Both the position numbers and the translations under genes were made by a program. From contig CM120640.1 of NCBI GenBank assembly GCA_051362555.1, positions 33,685,967 to 33,749,966 of the forward strand: 64,000 bases of DNA. The letters are read 5' to 3'. Numbering within the stretch: position 1 is the stretch's first letter; each line of letters begins with the position of its first letter. Below the pieces are notes generated by a model. That model was not told the origin of the DNA. It ran no database searches and saw nothing but the letters and a program-made list of their open reading frames with translations. This DNA comes from Lingula anatina (lineage: Eukaryota > Animalia > Brachiopoda). Of this stretch, positions 10,531-22,400 are shown piece after piece.

Positions 10531-13500
10531 AGATTGATGAAGTGAATGCAACTTTAGTCGATGTTTTCAACTACAAGGGATTTATATTAAACATTAATTG
10601 CATTTAACCTTTTTTTACAATTAGTGTAACGTAAAAAACATAAATAATTCCAAAAATATTTTTGTGAGTTTTCTTCCTGTAGTTATCCGATATCCTTTTC
10701 TAAAAGACTTACTGGGTGCTTATCAATAATTAACCGCGGTCTATCTTTATGTATTATTAATAGGTTTAGGTGGGAAAAATCAGTCTTCTCTGTGTCGTTT
10801 AGGAGGAACTAACGTTACGTTTGAAAAAGTCGGATGATATCACACGCAAAGAAAAATTGATTGAATCAATTATATTCCCTGCCTATTGTCTTACAGTCAT
10901 TGTTAAGTTTTACTCATTATTGCAACTTGGCAAACTGATCTTTTTTCCTAATCCAATTTCTCCGCGCCGCTTAACGCTGTTTGATTTCTTTCTTGTGATT
11001 GAAGTAAATAATATCTTTCATCTCACGGCTGAAAAATTCACTCAGAAATTAAAGAAAGGCAGTTGGTTGTTGAAAAATTACATTTTCATGCCTGGAAAAG
11101 CGGGGATAATGAAACCGAGTTCCCAGAGGTTCCTGCGACTGAATGAAGAATCGGAAGTGATCAAGTTTTTCGTTCAGATAAAGAGAATTGGCCGAAATTC
11201 CAATTTCCACTGTATATTATACCTACTGAGTGTAATTTCCTTTTTGGAATCAAAAATCGTCTTTTAAATGAGAAAAATTCTCTGCCTCGGCAGCATTTCA
11301 TTGAAGTCGCCACGTACGGCTCGATCATAGTGTCGAGAAGATATTGTCATGTTCTGAATATCACTATCAAAAGCAAACAATAGATTTTTTTGAATTTCAT
11401 TATTTGATAGGGTCACTACATTGCAAAAAAAAAAATTGACAAGAAAACAAAAAACACAGTTAATGATAAATGGGTACACGTTCACGTTCATGAAGGATAA
11501 AATAGGTCGAAACTTACCAGATAAAAGTGCCTTTGAAAATTGATTTAAAGATTAATAAATTATTATTATTATTATTATTTCTTATATTCTATATCTTAAG
11601 GTGAATCCAATGCCTCAGATCATACAAGTCTGACAAAAGAGGCATTTTCTTCAAACCTTAAACAGTTGTTTAAATAATAACAAAACCATTTTAAGTGTCA
11701 TTTTGTGACAGTAAGTCTTTCGAGGTGATTATTCTATATACCATAACTACATTTCATATGCATACACACACGCGCGTGCACGTCTATGTACAAGCTGGTA
11801 TTTCATTCATTATAAACCCAACGGCTTAAGCCGCCTACACGAAGTAACAATTAAGTTTGTAAAAAAAATGGGATGATTTCCTTAATCTATTACACGTATT
11901 TATGTAATTAATCAAGCCATAAAAAGGATGTGGAGTCGGGTTTGAGAGAGAAGGGGAGGGGGGAGGGAGGCAGGTGCGCTCAAACAAATCTTTCGCGTTA
12001 TTTTAGAAACGCTGAAGGGAAGAACATGTTATATAGGGTGGGTGGCATCATGCAACTTTACACCTCTTATTCCACTGTAACCTCGTCCCTTTTATCATGA
12101 CAATCAAGTTCCACAGATTTGTCTATATACAAACGTTAATGTCACAGTGACATTTTGTTTTGGTTATATTGGTAAAATTTTGATTTAAAATGTTAGTGAC
12201 AGTATACGTGTTTGTGCTGTGTGCACGCAATCGTAAAGAACGCGCACTAAAACGCATTTGCTCCCACCCCTGCTTGAACCTGTAAAGAAGCTTTCAAGCG
12301 TTGGCAATGTTTGCACCCTAGTGCTTCCACTGTCGTACATGTAAGTCGCAACAGCCGCGCGGTAAGTGACCGAACACATCTAGTCTCCGATGTTTATCAT
12401 TGTATAATCATTCTCGTGTCCTTTGGCTTGGGCACTACTTGGTGCAACGATATCACACTGCATATACAAGGCATAAATTACATATATACATACATACATA
12501 GATGCAAATGCTAAAAATATTTTTCTTGCGTAAACAACATTCTCGGATACTTCAGACGCGTGTTTTCTTTCCTTAAAACGACCAGCCACGGAGGTTAGTT
12601 TGTACTGAAAAGACAATACATTGGGATTATAAAAGGATGAGAAAGAATCATGAACTACAAATGCATTATCGGTGTATGTATCTTTTTAGTTTTCTTGTAA
12701 TTTCGGCCATAAGAACATTTTAGATCTCATTATCCTCCCATGAGTTGGCGGCACTTTGCAGGTGGGATAGAATATTGATGAAATATTCTTTCCTCTTTTC
12801 AGTAGTCTTTTTATATCTAATAATAAAACCAACGTTTGTGTATTGTTATTAAATATCGCCTGTGCTGCAGACATTGTGTCGACAGAATGACTATGATATA
12901 TCGCTTGTATTTACAATTATAGATGGGGCTACGTTTACGGATAATTAGTACTACGCCGCTCACGTGGGCGCTTTGTATGTATGATCAGTTTTATTGCGGC
13001 GTTGGAAGACTTTCCCGCCGTTAATCATTCATTTTTCCACATTGGGCCCGTTGTGCAGGGGGACTGAACCGTGTGTGGGGACCAGATTAATTAGAAAGAT
13101 TAAGCACTGATCATCAACTAGGCAAGATTGACACACTTGCGTCTACTTGTGAAATTATGGCGATCGCGTGCGCGCGCGTGCCTCGCGTGCGATCATCCTT
13201 TTAATCAGTAAACGGGTAAAGGGTTTTCCCGCTGGATGGCTTTGAGAGTCACGTTACCGCACGTAATGAGCAATTTTCTCAACATCAACACACGGACAAA
13301 TACTTCATTAGACGATGTCATCTGTTGTGAAACCCACAATCTATTTTCATTGCACTCTGTGGTCTTTATGTTATCAAATCCTGTTTATGTCCTGCGCTTC
13401 TTTGATGTCTCAAGCAAACTTGTGGATAACTTCTTCCTAAGCTCGGACGTGGTTCAGTCTTCCACGTATTTTCCTAATTTTCAATATGCGCGGTTTTGAG

Positions 13501-16500
13501 GATCTTACGTAAAATGCACACCCAATATTTAGAAACTTGTCGATATCTCGTACACACGTGCCTGTGAGCGGCCGACACACCAACATATTTACACAAACTC
13601 GTGCCCAGACAGGAGGATTATAAATTACGTTATTTGCTTCAATATTTCAATCATTGCTTTCCTTTGTTTTGTTGTCTCAGGTGCAGTCGCTGATGTTTCT
13701 CGCCTGATATTTTCCTTTCATTTAAATAACTCGGGCTGAGGTCGAATCTCTCATTCATTAATGAACACTGAATGCGGATGTCTCCTAAAATGTTTACGGA
13801 CGTGTTTTTTCTCATTGGTCTTCGATTATGAGGAGACAATTAAATCCTGACTGTAGAATACTATCCCCGTATCTATTGCCTATGTACACATTAAAAATGG
13901 CGGTCGATGGAAAGACGACAGACAGTCGTCATTATGTGAATTCATACATTAAAAAGTGCTGAGATATGTAACAAAAATGTGCAGAATCTTCATAGAAAAA
14001 GAGAAGCATAGATGGCGATTTCTTAAATTAAATTTAAGCCTTAATAAGCGATTGATAAACATAACATTGTTTGACTTGAATATGAAATGTTAACACATTT
14101 AAATTGTTGTCAATTAGAAGACAGAAATTTGAGATAAGGAACGGAGGCTATTAATGGCAAAAGATTGTAATTTATTTCAGTTGGGTCGAAACAACCAAAG
14201 TGAAAAAAAGGTGAAAACGTAATTGTCTACAATATTTCAATGAATGAATGAATGAATTAGCTGAATCTGACGATATTAGCTATTAATGGAAAGTATCAAT
14301 ACCGTGATTCGTGATCGAATTTAACCAATTACATATCAGAGTAATTCGTTGTTATCGAGAAACATAACACCAGATATTTAAAAAAAGGAACAACAATATT
14401 GAAATTCAAAGTGACATTAGTTCTTTTCTTTCTTTAAAACGTACCTTAACCTGTCAAGCTTCTAATAAGAGAGTCTTTAATTGTTTTACTTTAAAATTGG
14501 GGACATATCATTTTCGTTTCGATATTTCTAAATGTATTCTCAGGTCTAATTTACAACATATTAGCAGTAAATATCAAAAAAGAAATAAGAAAACACTTGT
14601 CTAAAACGAATTTAATGTGAACCTTTTTAACTCTGATATTTTTCAGGCCGTTCTAGTTTTTATCGTTTACTGATTATTACTTTCGGTATTATAGTTTTAT
14701 ATTGTCGCTATCACTGGTCTCCAAATGAGGTAACGAAGGAGACAGAAGAAAACTTGATACCTGCACCAAACAATGGGTATAATTTCTTTTTGTGACAGCT
14801 AGATGCTTGGGTATCACGCAGTTCATACAGTGTTCACCAGAAAGCGAACGAAAAGTCCCCAAACTTTAATTTACTTATAATAAGGGGTAAGATACGATCT
14901 GAAAGTTGATAGTCCCCGTCCTTGAACGCGGCGTTCATGTTTGATAGAGACAATGTTGGTTCTACGGGGAGACGTCCCAGCACGATTACGACAGCGCACG
15001 AGGTGCGGAACCGTCACCACCAAAGGGGCTCGCCTTTGACGCCGGGCATTTCGACTAGGGCCCCGCATGATGTTTTTCCGACTGGGTGACAATGTTTACA
15101 GTGAATCTTATCCCCTCAAAGAAGAAAGATAAGAAAACAAACAAGGCGGGATCGGAGTCCCCCTCCTTGGACATGGCTCGATGGCCACCACTGTCATTTA
15201 TCACGGTCCGGGAAGCTCTGATTAAATTTGAAAGAGGTAAGACCCCAACTATTTACACGCGCCGTCAGTTGACAATGGCAGGTGAAATTTGCCGTGGTAG
15301 TGGGACGCTAAGATGCCTCTTTAATGTGACAGTTAGCAAGGTGTCCACTCCTTTGTAATGACCACCTGAAGGGACAGTGAAAAATGATCCCCTGGCGTCT
15401 CTGGCCACTGGATACTGGGCGACGACTAGTGGACATTTGGTCATCCCGCTACGATCACAGCTTACCGCCAACAAATTTTAAGCGATTTGATTGAGACAGA
15501 TACATTAATCACTACCTACTCGATCACGGAATTGCTGTAATTTGCTTATCATCAATTGCCTTTGATAAATACGCAACTTGTAGGTCTGCAGTCGCGATGT
15601 CGGAAGATATTTATCCAAAAAGTAATCCAATCGAACTCCCCTCGAACCCAGTCAACGGTGCTGTTACTTAAATTATTACCTTTATAAATCGCACTCGCTT
15701 TAAACTGTAAACAGTTTTAATATCTTACTATAAAATACAAACACACAAGAGTAGGCAGGACAGACATTATTGGATTTCTTTTCAAGTTTTCAAATCATGA
15801 ATCGGCGGAGGAATCATTGAAAGAGCGAGTCTCCCCTTAAGACGTTCATGATGGTCCCAAAACACGCGCAGGTTACACCTTCAGAAAATTAATCGCTTGT
15901 TTTACACCTCAAGGGAGGACGAGGTGTCAGGGGTCGGCAAAAATGCCATTGTCGCTCGTGCTCTCCATGTCGACTTTTGTGTAATGAGATTACAGCGATA
16001 TGAGCGACGGATTACCGCGTATCATTGCTACAGATTCGTGGATTTGCCGTGTTTGCACTCTGATAATTCTGATTGACTAGTATAACTTGTAAATCCTCAT
16101 CACACGTATCATAATTTCGTTTTAATCGGTAGAATATAGAGGGACTTCTTGCCGCGAGACTCCGTTGTCAGGACGGACGGGTAGCGGCCGCCAGGTGAAA
16201 AAGAAACAGATACCAGCTTTGATCGGGTAACGCAAACCTCGATTGTGGTAAGGATCGAGTGGCGGCGACGCCAAGTCTGGTCTGTGCTCTTATCGACTTA
16301 CAGGTAGAGAAACAAACTTCAGATGTTTTGCTGAGAGTACGAGGGAACGCAGTGTATAAATCTGAATGTTGGGCAATCTGTCGGTTCATCTTATTATAAA
16401 CACACCCCGTCCACAAGCCGTGTTTTTGTGCGTGTAAATCCGCGGCGTCGAATTTCATCATTTTGTAAATAACTAATTTCAAAAGCTATCCCGTGGCCAA

Positions 16501-19200
16501 GGTGAGCATCTAAAGCAAAATAAATTTGTCTATCTTTATCCTCCTGTTGACCGAAGCCAGGGGCGAGGAAACTGTAGCCGCCCCATTACAGCCTCTTAGG
16601 GACCTAGCTGGTGATTGTGCGATCAGTGAGACACTGCGGGGAGGACCAGCCCACCTGACGGGGAGAGATGACTTTCCGCGGCAGGCCAGGTGCTGCTCAC
16701 CCCGGTGAACGTTCTCCCTCGAGAGAAAAATCTGTCAATTTTTGTTTGACCTGTCACAGTTTACCCGATCGAAGAAAAAAGGAAAACTGATCTGCGCCTA
16801 AGCCCGTCGACTTGAACAACGGCCCCTGCCGTGACCCACCACATTTCAAAAGTTGATAAAAAGTAGGGAGGTGGAAATTAGCGAAAAAATTGACAGTTGA
16901 GAGCGAGCTGTCAGTTCCTTGCCAAGGCGAATCTTTGGAGCGTTTCGCATTGATACTTTTCAGAAATGCGACACCTTAAATAATCAATTTTCATTGACAA
17001 GCTTAATTGTTCATCTCCCGCGAGATCGAGATTGATCGGAATCATGTTTGCCAGTGACCTAAGATTACGGCGGAATAGATAGACGCACTTCATTCAGAAG
17101 GAACACACAATCGTCTTAGAAACCCCGGATATCTAGCTTGGGGGCCCGTTAAACGGTCCGTCAACAATAAAATATCAATGTTTTATTTAGGCATCGTAGG
17201 GAACTTGCGCTGGTTGAATCCACGAGTGGCACAATGGTCTTGGCCGTTGTCTTTCACACGGTCGTTGGACATTGAGACTGGCTCTTTTGTTTTCTTGTTT
17301 TATTCCCAATCAATTGGCCAGCAGCAGAACTGTTCCAGCATATTTGCACTGCGATTTAAATATGATGACAGGCAGATTTGGTCGGACAATTACACACACT
17401 GCAACAACACTGGCGAACAATGTGCGCTATTTCTTCGACTCAGAATAAATACCACTGCTTCTATGGCCATATTGTTTAGGATCCCCTCCGAGGTTTGTTG
17501 TTTCTGGGCACCTTTGCACAATCCTCACAACAACATTGCAGGAGGAAGGTTGTGGGGGTCACAGTCAGCATGCCTTGCTCCTAGATATGATTACTACAAT
17601 ACAGGTGAAAAGAATTGCCAATGCTTTTTCAGCCTCAAATCAACGAATCTACTGGGTCAGAAAATTAACTGTCACCATTGTATATTGATGTATATTAGTT
17701 CAATAGGTTTTCAAAACGCTCGAAGAATTGCAGTTAGTGCAGCTTCTACTTGACTGCGTTTGGTGACAGTTATTGACACTTGGATTTCCTTTCTCGTCAT
17801 TTGATTTCGAAAAAAAGACGTGCAAATAGGCACAAAGACATAGAACAAAGGACTGTGGTATTTTTCATTGGAGGCACCGTTTTCCGGGAAATGATTATAT
17901 TTGCCGATGATCAATTTTTAATTCTCTCTCAGCTTAGGTTCATCAACTTTCTAAATCGACATAAGCGACTGGTAATGAATTTCTTACTGCACCGTCAGGT
18001 CACTCAAACCAAAGAATTATAAACATTATACACACGCAGTCTCTCTCTCTGTCCCGTTTCTCTGTTTTACACTCTTGAAATATATTTACTTTTAACCGCA
18101 TTTTATACGACTGTCCCCCATATTCATATTTTCTTTTAAATGACATCCGAAAAGATAGAAATAAATTATTCGAAAATTGACCTGTAAACGGTTGCTCAGA
18201 AAAACGTGCAAATAGAGATTAATGCTGTAATAGCTTCGTGTAACTTGATATTTTTCAGGTAATATACCAATCAAAAATGAGATTCTGTGTCGCTGATATT
18301 CTGCACCTCTATTCTATCTCATTTTCCAGCCGCAATTCGCTGTTGTTCTCTTTGGAAACCGGAGTCGCTGATGAGCTATTTGCATGTAGACATCTACCAA
18401 ACACAGCCACGTGGCCGCTGCGATAGCTAGCTTCCAATCAGCTCTTCGGTGGGAGATTTATCAAAATACCATGTCATCTCTGGAAACGACACGAACCTCT
18501 GACATTTGTATTGTTTGACTCTCTACTTCATCTTATCTCGCCACGTATACACACAGATTTCGTTCCTCGTCCAGTCTTTGTCTTTTTGTCTTATTTTCTC
18601 TTCACGCACACGTGTCTTCCTCACGAACTCGGAAAGGGAGGCGCTTCCTGCCTTCGCAGCGTCTAGTTCTTTAACGGCAAAACGAACTGCGCGACCCAAG
18701 ACGCCCTGTTATGATTTCAGACCTTGTTACCTAAATTTTTCTTATGTGGCTAATTTTCTTGGATTAACCACACGTACCTAATTAATCTCGTGTATTGTCC
18801 TCGAATTGTTTTTACTGTTTACAAGAGTCATTATAAACGGCAGGTGGGAGTGAAACGATCTGTGCTCGAGGCGGCATGTAATTAGCAGTGTACGGAGGGC
18901 CGTTTTGGTCTTTCTTTGAGAGTAGCGAAAGTTTCGCTCGACATGCGATTTCTCGCTGTGCACGCCATATGGGCTGATTGAAATTATTCTTATGTATTGT
19001 TGGTTTTTTTTCTGGATAAATATGTCATAATAAATGAAAAAAATATTCTGATAGTAAATTAGCCACTAATAAAGACAACACTCAATGAGATATGACAGAT
19101 GAGGAAACCAAAACAGCTTTTTATTCACTAAAACCATTTTTTTATACAAAAAGCATCACTCTTAACGCTCACCTGAGCTAGAGGCTTCTTAAAACCCCAA

Positions 19201-19330
19201 TAGGGGGCGTACTATCCTAAGTTATTCATGGCGGGCACGTGACAGTTGATCCCCGATTGACCAATCACAAAGCAGTTTCCCACCAACCTAGAATTTATAG
19301 TGCCTGTCATTTGAGCTGAGCAATTTAGTG
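19201..19330 (+). promoter_or_regulatory. Islet core/proximal promoter
   Basis: GC-box-like GGGGGCGT (~19203), E-box CACGTG (19236) overlapping TGACAG, CCAAT box (19261), TATA-like TTTATAG (19294-19300), Inr-like TTAGT (19325-19329) ~30 nt downstream. No ATG between Inr and the start codon at 19445. Confidence 0.6.
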
Positions 19331-19444
19331 TAAACTCACAGTAGTTGGAAGTTGTATACCTTTACTGCCAGGAGTAGAATCTCTACAACTTATTCATATT
19401 TTATTCCAACCGTCAAAATTGCGCCGTCTAAGGTCGACACGGCA

Positions 19445-19469
19445 ATGGCTGTGGAACTCCAGCCCAACA
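19445..19469 (+). CDS. Isl: Islet exon 1 coding part (MAVELQPN)
   Basis: gcaATGG start context; donor A|gtaagt in phase 1 joins exon 2 as KKRR, at the same position as ISL1 intron 1. Confidence 0.8.
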
Positions 19470-22400
19470 GTAAGTGCCGCGTTTTTAGTCGTGTTGATTC
19501 TGCAATTTAATGCACATTTGTTTTCGTGTCACCAAGTGACAAACAGTGAAATGTACACAACGTTTCTTCTGGGTAAACTCCATTTAATGTGCAAAGGATG
19601 CTTAATCCTACACGGGATAGCTTTTAAATTCTAGCTTAATGTCACGGTTTATATTTACATGGGTTTCCTTGGAATAGTATTTTAAGGCAGAAAATGAAGC
19701 AGGGTTATTCATTTTTAAGAAGACGTAAAGCTGGTAAGTGGGGCCGCCTACCCAACTGATATTCACACGAGGAGTATGCGTCACATGTGAAACAATTCGT
19801 GATTCGCACGCTCGACAATCTGACAGAAACGTTTTTACAATAAATCTTATTAGTTTAATAAGTCATTATTTGATTTTTGGTTTATCCCCTATCATTTATC
19901 TGATTATTGCTGTTTAATATAATTAGCTGTATTTTGTTTGCGGACTGTAGGGATAAACCTTATTATATTTTTAATTCATTAATCCAGTAATCAATTAATT
20001 CATGATGCTGTCAAAAGTTTTGTTTGGATCTGAATGTATTGAACAGTGGAGTGTATCAGTGACACAATTGTCTAGTATAATTTACACAATTGATATCATG
20101 TATATTCGCCATAATTAAAAGCAAGAATTTTAATATGCTTTAAAGATAATTTTTAAATTATCAAAATATTAGCAGTAATATACACGACGTGCATGAAATG
20201 ATTTTATCTCCTTTTATCTAGGAAATTAGGTAATAAACAGCAACGGTTTATATTATAACTTTACTTATATAATAAGGGATTGGCTATGTTTGGCATTTAA
20301 AACCACGTCTATTAAAGATCAAATAATATCAGTTGATTACAATTTAATAACACAAGATCTTAACAAAAATGATCATTGAAATATTCAACACAACTGATAA
20401 TATCACCATACAAAAATTATATTTATAATTTTTTTCCAGAAAAACGGCGTTCGTCGCTGTGCGTTGGGTGCGGGGGACAGATCCAAGACCAGTTTATTCT
20501 AAGGGTAGCGCCGGACCTCGAGTGGCACGCTTCGTGTCTTAAGTGCACGGAGTGTAGTCAGTACCTCGACGAGTCTTGCACCTGCTTCGTTCGGGACGGA
20601 AAGACGTATTGCAAGAGGGATTATGTAAGGTGGGTTGACTGTCTTTTTCAAAGATCAGCTGCTGGTCGTCCTTTTGCGTCGTAACATGCATGTGGCGGAG
20701 AAATTCTAAGCGTCCTTAAACAATGAGAACTCACCTTGTCCGCGAGGCCAGCAGTGTTATCATTTTAATTGAGATAAACTGGGGAAGGGGGGTCGGTTAA
20801 GGCTGAACATAGAATTTCACCGCACTGACCGCGACAAAAAAGTCCAAAATGTAGGCGAGGTGGAGTGTATTTTTCTCTAAGATAGTATGCTATATGGTTA
20901 GACATGCACGGATTAAATACCCGTTTTCCTCATTTAAGGACAATCATGTTTAGTTTCAGTTACTGGATATTGTCACCTAAATGCCATTTAAACATGTCAC
21001 ATAGATAACGCGTCTGTCACCCGAACGCAATGAGACTTTCTTCTACAGTGACAATCCGAAAGAGACATTAACAACATACTTTTTATCTCGCTAGTGTCTG
21101 TTTTGTTTGGCCAGTGTTGGGGCTCTCTTTAGCGGTCAGGTTGTCAGGCTGTTTGTCAGGTTGTCAGCAAGCTGTCAGCTGGACAGTTGAGGTTTATTAG
21201 CTAGCTCCGCCTACGCGGGATGGCCACACGTAACTGCCACTTGACCCGATCTTCATGACAGGTGTAATTAGCCCTGCTGAAGGATGTCCAAGTTAACTAT
21301 GACGGGTGACAATAAAGGCGATGCGCTAGATGGCTCAGTTTTATTGACACTTGTCAATATTCGAGTACGATGCACCGGATTGACTCCTGTGTTGGTATGA
21401 AGTCTGAACATTCCCGTTAATCTGTAGTATGAAAAGTACGCGAAAGTGAGAGGGTTCACAGTAGGCCAAAAGCGTTTACGTTGCTGGAGGCGAATTGAAT
21501 CTTAAGGGGGGAAAAACAGCATCAGCAAAATAAAAACTATTTTCAGTCTTTTCTCAGCCATATATCCTGGGAGATGAATTTCATTGAATATCTTCACCTT
21601 TCTACTGTAGGCTGTTTTAGAGTCCCTGCAGACAGAGGTTAAATTAAATTACCAAAACTGGTTGACACATTTGTGTTGGAATCTATATGTAAGCTAAGGA
21701 AATACCAGCAATCACAGAGCAGATGCACGGCGATATTGCATTCCCTCGCCCGACTGAGCCCAGATACATACAAATCTAATACATGCGAATGGTAATTGGT
21801 AAATTATTCCGAAATCTTGTCGATCTAATTTTACGTGGTTCGTGTTTATCCGGATCTCAAATCGGCAGCTTTTTCAGTTCTGAGGATAGTCCGTCGGTCA
21901 GTGTGGTATGGACATGTGAGAAGAGGTCATTACCAATAGCCCTCAAGGCCTTTCCGTAACTCAAAATATTACCATATCGGTATCGCATCCAATTCCCCAG
22001 GCGGGCCGCACTTTCTCTTCAAGCAGTAGTATTAAAATAGCCATTTTATATCGTGTGTAATACCTGAATCCCCTATTGGCCCCAATTCCTAATCTATCAA
22101 GCCCCTGAATTCACGCAAATCTGTAGGTTTGTACAGCGCAACCTTGCGGGTATTTGCCGCTGTTTATATTCGAGATTTGATAAATTCGTTTCCCCCAGAC
22201 TTTAGAACGGATTAGACATTCTGTTTCTCGTCAGTCGGAGCTTGACATATTCACCTCAGCCAGTCTAGTTGGGCTAATTCTTTACACGAAACGTTCGCAA
22301 TGAATTGCCACGTTAATTAAGACGACAAGGAAATGGCGGTCACCGGGGGGACTTGTTCCTAGCAATATTTAACCGATTTTGACTGTCAAGTGCCATGATT

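Noticed and set aside
10821-11267. 148-aa ORF
   Set aside because: TTG start, composition typical of translated AT-rich DNA, no recognisable domain or splice support.
17178-17753. 191-aa ORF upstream of Islet
   Set aside because: No recognisable homology or codon bias; likely a chance ORF. A lncRNA cannot be excluded without RNA data.
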